Source of the DNA: Candidatus Melainabacteria bacterium RIFCSPLOWO2_02_FULL_35_15 | GTDB taxonomy: Bacteria; Cyanobacteriota; Vampirovibrionia; 2-02-FULL-35-15 | NCBI GenBank assembly: GCA_001784585.1 | Contig: MFRN01000013.1 | Coordinates: forward strand, 93,894 to 157,893 | DNA: 64,000 nucleotides | Direction of reading: 5' to 3' | Part shown: piece after piece, positions 47,528-55,997 of the stretch | Layout: every line of letters starts with the position of its first letter | Position numbering within the stretch: position 1 is the stretch's first letter | Notes under the pieces: model-generated | What the model was told of the DNA's origin: nothing | Databases searched by the model: none | Seen by the model: the letters and a program-made list of their open reading frames with translations, nothing else | Made by a program: the position numbers and the translations under genes

Positions 47528-48876
47528 CTACAATTAAACTCTTTTATTAACTCATCAAATACAATAAACTCATCCGTAGGATGTGTAAAAATATTTCCAT
47601 ATGTTTTTTCTTTTGAATCTTCTTTTGTTATGCTGATAGAAATACCACCTTCACCTTGTGTTTCCTGCAACTTGCTACAGAGTCTTTCCAGTTCACTTAC
47701 TTTATATTTCAATCCTTTTTTTACAGGTGATGCTGAAGTTTCCTGAACATCTTCAAGATATTTTTTAAGCTGATCATTAACAGGTACATTAGGATCAAAT
47801 CGAAGACCCAGTCCTGAAATTAATGCAGCTTTTAAAACAGCAGCATTTCGTACTTTTCCAGCACTGATATTAGTCTGTCCTTCGGTACTTATCACATATT
47901 CTATTGCCTTTTGTAAAACTTTTAAATAATTATATGTCTTTTTAAATTCTGTTAGAGCTTTATTTGCTTCATTATTGTTTTCACCAAGTGTCCCTTTGAA
48001 ATAATTTTTAAGTTGAGTTAATGAAGTATCAGTATTAATTTTAGGAAAAACCTTTGTAATTGAATCATTGTCACTGACTAAAGTACCTTCTACATAATGT
48101 TTTGCTGCAGAGTATACTATTGCAAACTCATCCGGCACAAGACGATCTAAATCAAATTTCCCGGCTTCAATTTCATTCAGGTCTAAAAATTGCCCTGTAA
48201 TTGTTTGGGGGAGAGCATTTTTTTCAGAATCTGGGGTAGTTAAGCAAACATCTCTTGTTCCAATTATGTAACCTGTTAAAATAGCAAGTCTGTCTTTTAA
48301 ATCCGGGAAATAAATTTTAGCATCGATTCCATTTCCATTAATCAGTTCTATTTCTGGTCTACCCCTGTATTTAGTAACAATATTTTTAATTTCATCATTT
48401 GTCCAGCAAGTAAATAAATTTCTGGCTTGGGCTATAGTATCGCCGTCAGGGTTTCCATTTAAAATATTTAAAGAAAGCCCCAGTACCTTATCAGAATTTG
48501 CAGAAACTTTTGCTACTGAATTTCCTATATTTTTTACAAGAGTTTCATCTGTCAGAGCAAATGGAGCAGTTTTTACATCAGCTTGTTTTTCTTTTTTTAT
48601 CAGCTTCCATACTTTGTATAAGAAATAACCTGAAAATATAGCTCCACCACCGGCTAAAAATTTAAAGAACCAGTCTGGTACACTATCTTTCCCGGGAATT
48701 ACTTCAGCAAATGTTCCAAATGTGAAAGCTGCTGCTGCTCCTACTGCAGCTCCGCCCAGATTTGCTCCTAAGCCGGCAAATGATTTGGCATCATCATATA
48801 AACTGAATCCTGAAGAATTCTTCTGTGTGCTTGGTCTTGCCAGTATGGCGTTGTTCGGTATGGCTAAAGTCGTCAT
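47524..48876 (-). CDS. Hypothetical membrane-anchored protein (450 aa)
   Basis: Gly/Ala-rich hydrophobic N-terminal segments, otherwise no motif. It is probably co-transcribed with 48962..49660. Confidence 0.45.
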   Translation of the reverse strand: MTTLAIPNNAILARPSTQKNSSGFSLYDDAKSFAGLGANLGGAAVGAAAAFTFGTFAEVIPGKDSVPDWFFKFLAGGGAIFSGYFLYKVWKLIKKEKQADVKTAPFALTDETLVKNIGNSVAKVSANSDKVLGLSLNILNGNPDGDTIAQARNLFTCWTNDEIKNIVTKYRGRPEIELINGNGIDAKIYFPDLKDRLAILTGYIIGTRDVCLTTPDSEKNALPQTITGQFLDLNEIEAGKFDLDRLVPDEFAIVYSAAKHYVEGTLVSDNDSITKVFPKINTDTSLTQLKNYFKGTLGENNNEANKALTEFKKTYNYLKVLQKAIEYVISTEGQTNISAGKVRNAAVLKAALISGLGLRFDPNVPVNDQLKKYLEDVQETSASPVKKGLKYKVSELERLCSKLQETQGEGGISISITKEDSKEKTYGNIFTHPTDEFIVFDELIKEFNCS

Positions 48877-48961
48877 AAAATATCATAAATCAAAAAAATA
48901 TTAAATAAATTTGTTATTAAAAAAGTAGGATTTATTTTTTGTCAACCTCCTTTTATTTTAG

Positions 48962-49660
48962 TTAAGTAGCTGATTGGCGACCAAATATAAATGCAGCAAG
49001 TCCTATAATTGCAGCATAAACTATTCTCCCCAAAGTTTTATTCCAGTTCAATAAGTCCCACCAATCAAATCCTTTTTTTTCGTTAATAGCAACTTCTACA
49101 TTACTTTCTTTACTATCTGCCTTAACTTTAAATGGAGCTGTTTTAGTACCAACAGCAGAGCTGGTAAAAGTCAGAGTTTTTCCATCAGCAGAGAGTCCCC
49201 ACTTTACCCCATCATGTTCAATTTCTTTACCTTTGTCTGGAGCATTTTGTCCTGTTAGAGTACTACCTTCTGGCAAAGTAATGCTTCCTTGTTCACTAAC
49301 TTTTGCTTCTCCGGTTACCTTTGCTGCACCTCCTGCTGCTGCACCTCCTGCTGCTGCACCTCCTGCTGCTGCACCACCTGCTGCACCACCTCCTGCTGCT
49401 GCACCACCTGCTGCACCACCTCCTGTTGCACCTCCTGCTGCTGCACCACCTGCTACTTCATCCTTCTTAACAGCTTGCCGTGCTATATGTATCGCTTTAG
49501 CTGGATCAAATTCTTTTTTATCATTTTGTAATCCTGAATCCCCAATTACAGCATCTTCCTTAACACCCAAGACATCAGCTATATTCTTAGCAGTTGGGTT
49601 TGATATAGCTGACAATTTCGTTACTTGTGCTGCAGTTAGCTCTACTCCACCAATTTTCAT
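48962..49660 (-). CDS. Tail-anchored protein with a (GGAAA)n low-complexity repeat
   Basis: 232 aa with about 14 Gly-Gly-Ala-Ala-Ala repeats and a C-terminal TM helix (IVYAAIIGLAAFIFG). Confidence 0.5.
   Translation of the reverse strand: MKIGGVELTAAQVTKLSAISNPTAKNIADVLGVKEDAVIGDSGLQNDKKEFDPAKAIHIARQAVKKDEVAGGAAAGGATGGGAAGGAAAGGGAAGGAAAGGAAAGGAAAGGAAKVTGEAKVSEQGSITLPEGSTLTGQNAPDKGKEIEHDGVKWGLSADGKTLTFTSSAVGTKTAPFKVKADSKESNVEVAINEKKGFDWWDLLNWNKTLGRIVYAAIIGLAAFIFGRQSAT
49322..49456. repeat. Imperfect 12-18-bp tandem repeat encoding the (GGAAA)n array
   Basis: The unit gcacc(a/t)cctgctgct(gct) is repeated about 9 times, visibly, with varying length. Confidence 0.7.
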
Positions 49661-49953
49661 TATTTTTATCTCCTTAGTTTAAATACTATTTTTTAGTATT
49701 TATAACTTTTGGCTTTTTTTACAGTTCTTCAATACTTCCCTTAATTTTATATGATTCTTGAATTTAAGAACAAGCCAAAATGCTATATACATAAACTTTA
49801 CTAAATTTTAACTTTTCAAGTCAAGGCCAAATTCATTTTTAAAGATAAAACTATTCTTAAGTTTTTTTTCTTTTACCTGCCGCAACACAATTTTCTAATA
49901 AAATTGCGTTGCTTTGCAAAGATTTTTGGTATACCTTAATACAGCATTGGGCA

Positions 49954-49981
49954 GGTTTTGCCGAGTAAATCGGACAAAACC
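49954..49981 (+). ncRNA. Hairpin H2, family member
   Basis: GGTTTTGC-CGA-GTAAA-TCG-G-ACAAAACC followed by TTTCAGTT. It lies about 55 nt upstream of folK. The hairpin GCAAC(A)CAATTTT-ctaat-AAAATTGCGTTGC lies just upstream of it. Confidence 0.35.
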
Positions 49982-50033
49982 TTTCAGTTATAATAAATGA
50001 TTAACATGGTTAAGAAGAATTCTCTTAACCTGA

Positions 50034-50588
50034 ATGTTAAAAAATAAAACAAACAATAATTTAAAGGCATCTAATTTGTCATCACTTAAAACAGTTTATC
50101 TTGGCATTGGGACCAATAAAGGCACCAGAGAAACAAATATTTCAAGTGCTATTAACCTGCTTAGCAATATAAAAGGAATAAAACTTTTAAAAATTTCAAA
50201 GATGCTAAAAAATCCTCCCCAGGAAGGAATTAAAAGTGGTTATTTTTTAAACGGGGCCATAAAGCTTCTGACATCATTGACTCCGCTTGAGCTTTTAAAA
50301 GTGTGCAAGAAGATAGAGAAGAAGCAAGGACGCAAGGAAACAAGAATACAAAGAAGGAAAATATCAAGAGTTATAGATCTCGATATTTTATTTTATGGAA
50401 ATGAGATTATTAATACGAAAGAACTAACCATCCCGCATCCAATGATTGAAAAGAGATATTTTGTTTTAATTCCGCTTATGGAAATTGCAAAAAGATTTGT
50501 ACATCCTCTTTTGAAGAAAAGTATAAAGGAATTGTATATCGACTACTGTGCCCCTACCAGCATTAAAAACTGTGCAAGTGCTGTATGA
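50034..50588 (+). CDS. folK: 2-amino-4-hydroxy-6-hydroxymethyldihydropteridine pyrophosphokinase
   Basis: HPPK pattern (VYLGIGTNKG ... IDLDILFYG ... IPHP). The start is uncertain; an N-terminal extension is possible. Confidence 0.7.
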   Translation: MLKNKTNNNLKASNLSSLKTVYLGIGTNKGTRETNISSAINLLSNIKGIKLLKISKMLKNPPQEGIKSGYFLNGAIKLLTSLTPLELLKVCKKIEKKQGRKETRIQRRKISRVIDLDILFYGNEIINTKELTIPHPMIEKRYFVLIPLMEIAKRFVHPLLKKSIKELYIDYCAPTSIKNCASAV

Positions 50589-51616
50589 AGGCTTGAATAT
50601 TGACTTGGGTGCAGCTTTGGCTGTCTGTATTTTTTATGGATTTCAAGCCTTAGGGTTGGAATTGAAAAATCTTCAAAAAGTAAATGATTTATTGTCTTCA
50701 TTTCTTTTGAAATAACATCTTTTGAATCGTAGCCGATTTTTTTAAAATCTTTTACCTTAAGCATGCTGGTCAGCAGGTGTAAATATTCTGTTCTGTTTAT
50801 CAGTGAACTGTTATTCCAGCTATTTAAAATTAATTCATGCGGGCTGTTCCAGTTTTCTATGCCATGCAGGATTAAAACAAGTTTTAAATTTGTTTTTTTA
50901 ATCAGCTGACTTAAAAAACTTACATAAGGAGAGGTTAAATAATAAACAGGATCACTGGCTGCACAGTAAGAACTTACCAGGGAGTGGCATCCTGTTAATT
51001 TATGCAGTAATACTGCCAGTGAGCCGGTGTAAGATTCAGAAGAGTGCCAGTTTCCATCAGTAAAAAATGCAGTTGAATGCGGGGCCAATACTAAAGCCGG
51101 AATTTCACCACCGTAATATTCATAATCAAATTCACCTTCAGGTGGATACTGTTCAGATCTTCTTTTTAACTGTGCCTCAAACTGAGTGGACCAGGCAATT
51201 GTGTCAAAATTTGTAGGATGATTTACCAGATAAGAAAGAGCTTCTTTTAATTTATTAAAACGTGCTTCAGAGTGAAATAAAACCCATGGGCTAAATGGCT
51301 CATTTCCTACTACTACGACCTGTTTTCCCTGCCCGTGAGCATAAAACATTTCCATGGTTGCAGATTCAGTGACCTGTGTAAGATTTGCCAGCAGAGAATC
51401 TGCCCTGTCTATTAGTGACAGTGAGTGTTTTACTGCACTTGTAGATTCACCTACGCTTTTTACAAAACCAGTTAAATCCAAATCCAGTGGATTGGCTACA
51501 GTAATGCCTGATCGTATAAAGGTGCTTGCAGCATAAGCTTTCCAGTCAGTAGAAACTCCAAGCGAAGGATCACTGAGTGCAATTGGCGGCCCTGATAAAT
51601 ATATTGATGTTGGCAT
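50543..51616 (-). CDS. Fusion protein: N-terminal nucleoside 2-deoxyribosyltransferase-like domain plus a C-terminal amidohydrolase-like domain
   Basis: The N-terminus has SIYLSGP and FYAHGQGKQVVVVG, as in the NDT/YtoQ fold. The C-terminus has PALVLAPHSTAF and LILHGIEN, which look like N-formylglutamate amidohydrolase-like motifs. The second call is weak. Confidence 0.45.
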   Translation of the reverse strand: MPTSIYLSGPPIALSDPSLGVSTDWKAYAASTFIRSGITVANPLDLDLTGFVKSVGESTSAVKHSLSLIDRADSLLANLTQVTESATMEMFYAHGQGKQVVVVGNEPFSPWVLFHSEARFNKLKEALSYLVNHPTNFDTIAWSTQFEAQLKRRSEQYPPEGEFDYEYYGGEIPALVLAPHSTAFFTDGNWHSSESYTGSLAVLLHKLTGCHSLVSSYCAASDPVYYLTSPYVSFLSQLIKKTNLKLVLILHGIENWNSPHELILNSWNNSSLINRTEYLHLLTSMLKVKDFKKIGYDSKDVISKEMKTINHLLFEDFSIPTLRLEIHKKYRQPKLHPSQYSSLHTALAQFLMLVGAQ

Positions 51617-51624
51617 AAAGGATA

Positions 51625-51805
51625 GCCCTATTCCCTCCTCTGTTATTACTCAGGTGGCTCTTGCGGTGACGTTGCTCCTCAGAGCCACCTTTGCATAGAC
51701 CGCTCGGTTTACTGAATGAATCAGGCAAACCTCGCTTCCTTAGATGGCCCAGATTTAGGACATGATCATGATGCACTTGGAGTACCTGAGCAGTTATCCT
51801 CCTCT
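51625..51805 (+). ncRNA. Structured GC-rich element R2 (candidate ncRNA or leader), about 180 nt
   Basis: GC content is about 50% in a roughly 33% background. It has a 10-bp hairpin AGGTGGCTCT...AGAGCCACCT and the segments GCTCTTGCGGTGACGTTG and GGAGTACCTGAGCAGTTATCCTCC, which are collinear with R1. CTCAGGT can pair long-range with ACCTGAG. Confidence 0.35.
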
Positions 51806-51921
51806 ACTTAACCCATTTATTTTTATATATACCACTTTTTAATGAAAACTGGGAATGTATAGGTCAAGCCTATAAGGATTCAGTAAAAAGACTGAGGAAT
51901 AGTTAAGAACAGGATAAGAAT

Positions 51922-52122
51922 ATGCAACACGACTATCAGAAACGAACTTACGACAGCTGGCAGGAAGTGGATACTGAAACACTTTTGCAGGGACTTGTTT
52001 TAATAAAAGAAAAATTTTTACAAATCGATCCACAAACAGATGATTTTGCACTTACCGGGAATTTGCTTATAGATATTTATGAAATTGCTGAAGAGTTAGA
52101 GAAGAGATTGTTATTTGCATGA
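51922..52122 (+). CDS. Small acidic hypothetical protein (66 aa)
   Basis: The ORF has an RBS and sits immediately upstream of the acyl-CoA dehydrogenase. Confidence 0.3.
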   Translation: MQHDYQKRTYDSWQEVDTETLLQGLVLIKEKFLQIDPQTDDFALTGNLLIDIYEIAEELEKRLLFA

Positions 52123-52140
52123 AATATAATACTATCCATA

Positions 52141-53268
52141 ATGCAGGTTTTATTAGAAAATAAAAATATAGATTTCAAAAATCAAATTGAAGATTTTATT
52201 TCCAGAAATTTAAAAACCACTAAAGACATTAATCTGAAATTGTTATGGCAAAATCTTTTTAAAGAAGGGATTATTTCCAGAGAAAACAGTTTTTTTCAAA
52301 ATGTTTTACTAACAGAAGCCTTGTGTAAATTCAAACCGGGCATTGGTCTTTTTTTGCTTACTCAGTTTGCATGTATTGAAACCATAAGGGAATTTGCATC
52401 GGAAAATTTGATGGAAAAATATCTGAACAAACTAATCTCGGGTGAAATTATTTCCTGTTTTTCAATTACAGAGCCAAATGCAGGTTCTGATGTAAGCATG
52501 ATTGAAACTTTTGCAAAAAAAGAAGGAAACAAATGGATATTAAACGGACATAAAATCTGGGCGAGTAACGGTTCAATATCTGACATTATTATTACTTTTG
52601 CCCAGACAAAATCTGTAAAGGCGATTCATGAATTGCCTCAACGAGATAAATCAGGAATAACCTGTCTTATTATTCCATCAAAGTGCAAAGAAGTAGAAAT
52701 CTTAAAAGATACTCCAAAGCTGGGTGTAGAGATTACTCCATCAAATGAAATTCTTATAAAAAATTTAATGGTAGATGAACAGTTTCAAATAGGAAATATC
52801 GGGGACGGAATAAAAATTGCACTTGGCACCATTTCACTTGGAAGAATCTTCTGTGCAGCACAGGCTGTGGGTCTGTTAAGCGGAATCTTGGAAGAATCTG
52901 TTAAACACAGTACAAAAAGAAATCAGTTTGGGAAATCTATCTCGGATTATCAGGCTATAAAATGGTACATTGCAGATATGACAAAAGACCTTGACGGAGC
53001 AAGATTACTCCTTTATAAAGCAGCATGGGCAAAAGAAAATCATCCTGAAGAATTAAATAAACTTTCAAGTATGGCAAAATATTTCTGTACAAGTACAGCA
53101 CAAAAACACTCTTCAAATGCAGTTCAGATTTTTGGAGGTGCAGGATTAATTAAAGATTCCTATGTAGCATGTGCTTATAGAGATTCAAAGGTTCTAGAAA
53201 TTTATGAAGGAACAAATGAAATACAAAGACTGGTTATCGCCAGAGAAATCCTGCAGAATCACAGTTAA
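52141..53268 (+). CDS. Acyl-CoA dehydrogenase
   Basis: ACAD N-terminal, middle and C-terminal domain motifs (the catalytic-base region YEGTNEIQRLVIAR). Confidence 0.8.
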   Translation: MQVLLENKNIDFKNQIEDFISRNLKTTKDINLKLLWQNLFKEGIISRENSFFQNVLLTEALCKFKPGIGLFLLTQFACIETIREFASENLMEKYLNKLISGEIISCFSITEPNAGSDVSMIETFAKKEGNKWILNGHKIWASNGSISDIIITFAQTKSVKAIHELPQRDKSGITCLIIPSKCKEVEILKDTPKLGVEITPSNEILIKNLMVDEQFQIGNIGDGIKIALGTISLGRIFCAAQAVGLLSGILEESVKHSTKRNQFGKSISDYQAIKWYIADMTKDLDGARLLLYKAAWAKENHPEELNKLSSMAKYFCTSTAQKHSSNAVQIFGGAGLIKDSYVACAYRDSKVLEIYEGTNEIQRLVIAREILQNHS

Positions 53269-54133
53269 TCGCGATTCTACTTATGGTTTAAAGGATTTTT
53301 TACGACAAATAAATTTAAACAAAGATAAGCTGAAAAAAATTGAAGCTCTGTTAGTGGGTGCATTCCGGAGTAATAAGTTTGGCAGCGGGTTTGATTTTAA
53401 TGAAATCAGAGAGTATAAAATCGGAGACGACTTAAGACATATAAGCTGGAATGCCACCGCAAAAACAGGCATTCTTCAGACAAAAGAATATTTTACGGAG
53501 AAAGAAATTTATTCTTATTTTTTAATTGATATAAGTAATTCAATGTTTTGTGGAAACAAACCTGAACCGTTTATAAAATTATTTGCATTTCTCCTGAATA
53601 TGGCTGTTAATTTTAGTGAAAAAATTGGTGGTGTTTTCTTTTCGGATGAAATTAAATATGTTTTCCCTTTGTCTGGCACCGGCTCGCAGACAAATCTTCT
53701 GTTTAAAACATTTTTAAACGTGCTTGATGGTTTAAGCATGCAAAATAAAGAAAAATCATTCCGCAAGACTGTTACAAATTTTTCCAGCGCTTTGAATTTT
53801 GTCAAAAGATCATTTTTAAAAAAAGGATTGATATTTGTTATAAGTGATTTTATAAATATTTCAAACTGGGAAAAGCCGATTTTTGAAACCTCTCAAAAAC
53901 AAAATATATATTTGTTTCAAATTTATGATTCTCTGGATTTTAATCTGCCTCAGGAGGGCTATGTTGCTTTAATAGATCCTGAAACAAAACAACGTTGTAT
54001 TGTTAATACTGATAGCAAAATGATTTGGGAGAATTATCATAATGTAATGTCTGAAAAACAAAAAAGACTTAAAATGTTTTTTGAAAGTATCGGGGTGCAT
54101 CATCTGACAATTGAAAAAAATGATTTCATCTGA
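53204..54133 (+). CDS. DUF58 family protein (vWA-like)
   Basis: DUF58 signature G.GFDFNEIREYKIGDDLRHISW. The true start is probably a non-ATG codon at about 53330. Confidence 0.6.
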   Translation: MKEQMKYKDWLSPEKSCRITVNRDSTYGLKDFLRQINLNKDKLKKIEALLVGAFRSNKFGSGFDFNEIREYKIGDDLRHISWNATAKTGILQTKEYFTEKEIYSYFLIDISNSMFCGNKPEPFIKLFAFLLNMAVNFSEKIGGVFFSDEIKYVFPLSGTGSQTNLLFKTFLNVLDGLSMQNKEKSFRKTVTNFSSALNFVKRSFLKKGLIFVISDFINISNWEKPIFETSQKQNIYLFQIYDSLDFNLPQEGYVALIDPETKQRCIVNTDSKMIWENYHNVMSEKQKRLKMFFESIGVHHLTIEKNDFI

Positions 54134-55094
54134 CAATATAAAAAATTACGACATAATTATTATTGGCGGAGGGCCGGCAGGATTAGCCGGTGGTTTATAT
54201 GCTGCTCGTGGAAATATGAAAACAGTTATTCTGGAAAAACTAATTCCAGGAGGACAATTAAATAACACTCTGGATGTCGAGAACTATCCTGGCATGGATC
54301 ATGTAACCGGGCCACAGATAGCTCAGGCTATGGAAGGACAGACAAAACGCTTTGGCTGTGAGATTGTAAATAACTGTAATATTACAGAAGTAGAATTAAA
54401 TGAAGGCAGGCACATTATTAAATCCGATAAAGGAACTTACAGGGGAAAAGTGTTAATTGTTGCTACTGGCTCTGAATATAGAAAGCTCAATATACCAGGC
54501 GAAAAGGAGTATAGCGGAAAAGGAGTCAGTTACTGTGCAGTGTGTGATGGTGCTTTTTTTAAAGATAAAAAACTAGTCGTAGTAGGCGGAGGAGATTCTG
54601 CGGTGGAAGAAGGAATATTTCTTACAAAGTTTGCAGGCAGTGTAACCATAATCCACAGAAGAGATAAATTCCGGGCTGAAAAAGTTATTCAGGATAGAGC
54701 ATTTAAGAATCCGAAAATAAATGTTATTTGGAATACGACGGTTTCTGAAATTAAAGGAGACGGGAATTCTGTAGTAGCTATAAGGATTAAAAATATTGTT
54801 ACAAATGAAGAAAAGGATTTCCCGTGTGATGGAGTTTTTATTTATGTCGGACTTGATCCAAATACACAGTTATTTAAAGGCAAATTAAAAATGGATCAAA
54901 CAGGGAGAATAGAAACCAGTGAAAAAATGGAAACAAGTGTTGCCGGAGTTTATGCTGCCGGAGATGTAAGGGAAACTCCGCTTAAGCAGGCTGTAACTGC
55001 AGCTAGTGATGGTTCTTTAGCTGCTACAATGGCTATAGAATACATAGAAAGTTTGCATGATAGAATTACCTATAAAAGCGGAGTGTTTTCTTGA
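54111..55094 (+). CDS. trxB: Thioredoxin reductase
   Basis: Two GxGxxG motifs and the redox-active CAVC. Confidence 0.9.
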   Translation: MKKMISSDNIKNYDIIIIGGGPAGLAGGLYAARGNMKTVILEKLIPGGQLNNTLDVENYPGMDHVTGPQIAQAMEGQTKRFGCEIVNNCNITEVELNEGRHIIKSDKGTYRGKVLIVATGSEYRKLNIPGEKEYSGKGVSYCAVCDGAFFKDKKLVVVGGGDSAVEEGIFLTKFAGSVTIIHRRDKFRAEKVIQDRAFKNPKINVIWNTTVSEIKGDGNSVVAIRIKNIVTNEEKDFPCDGVFIYVGLDPNTQLFKGKLKMDQTGRIETSEKMETSVAGVYAAGDVRETPLKQAVTAASDGSLAATMAIEYIESLHDRITYKSGVFS

Positions 55095-55993
55095 AAACAC
55101 GGAGCGAAATAAAAATGAAACGACGTCCATATAACAGAAATCAACACAGAAGACCTCACCAAAGACCAAGTAGCAGGGGCAGGATTGATGTGTTTGTCCA
55201 GAAGAAAAATTTAGACATAAATTGCAATGTAGGACAAGGCTTTGGCATTTATCAAAATCAGCATGAAGAAAAATTATTTCCATATGTGACATCTATAAAT
55301 ATTGCCTGTGGAGCACATGCAGGTGATCCACTTACAATGGCGCGGGTTATAGATCTGGCAAGAAATCACAATATAAGCATTGGTGCATTAATTGGTTTTG
55401 ATGACAGGGTTGGAAACGGTGAAAGAGAAATGTACCTGGGTGTGGAAGAACTTAGGGCAATGGTTCTATATCAGCTTGGAGCATTACATGCACTGCTTCA
55501 CTCAAAAGGTCTTGAAATAAGGCATGTCAGAACACATGGATTTTTATACAAACAGCTTTACACTGATATTTTAATTGCTGAAACAGTAGCAAAAGCAGTA
55601 AGTGAGTTTAGCAGATGGATTACACTTGTTGGTTTAAGCGGATCTGTTTTAGCTACAGCATGTACAAACGCAAATATCAAAGCAGGTCACGAGGTACAGG
55701 TGGCCAGAAGGTACAGAAAAGACGGGACGATTTTGCCACATAGTCCCGGCATAAATGTAAAAAATCTACTTGAGGGCGCTGCAGACAGGGCCAGGGAATT
55801 AATTCAAACCGGAAGATTAACCTGTGAAGACAATAGCAAAATTCGTGTAAACATAGACACTATCCATGTTCCATCTGACAATGAACAGGGCATTGAACTA
55901 GCCAGGTTAATCAGGGCAATGATTCCGGAACCAAAACCTTTACATATGGATAAGTTTGACAAATATCTTGCCAGCGTATCGGTGTTAAATTGA
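55091..55993 (+). CDS. pxpA: LamB/YcsF family protein (5-oxoprolinase subunit A-like) with an Arg-rich N-terminal extension
   Basis: The LamB/YcsF core begins at LDINCNVGQGFG. It is preceded by KRRPYNRNQHRRPHQRPSSRGR. No pxpB or pxpC is nearby. Confidence 0.7.
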   Translation: MKTRSEIKMKRRPYNRNQHRRPHQRPSSRGRIDVFVQKKNLDINCNVGQGFGIYQNQHEEKLFPYVTSINIACGAHAGDPLTMARVIDLARNHNISIGALIGFDDRVGNGEREMYLGVEELRAMVLYQLGALHALLHSKGLEIRHVRTHGFLYKQLYTDILIAETVAKAVSEFSRWITLVGLSGSVLATACTNANIKAGHEVQVARRYRKDGTILPHSPGINVKNLLEGAADRARELIQTGRLTCEDNSKIRVNIDTIHVPSDNEQGIELARLIRAMIPEPKPLHMDKFDKYLASVSVLN

Positions 55994-55997
55994 CAAT

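Noticed and set aside
28711-49981. H2/H3 shared 14-mer CCGAGTAAATCGGA as proof of a repeat family on its own
   Set aside because: An exact 14-mer pair is expected several times by chance in 64 kb. The claim therefore rests on the shared bulged-hairpin architecture and stem covariation, not on the k-mer.
51617-51805. R2 as SRP (4.5S) RNA, 6S RNA, RNase P RNA or tmRNA
   Set aside because: The reverse complement contains AAGGAAGC, reminiscent of SRP domain IV, but the rest of the conserved SRP helix is absent. RNase P P4 motifs and the tmRNA tag and 3' end are also absent.
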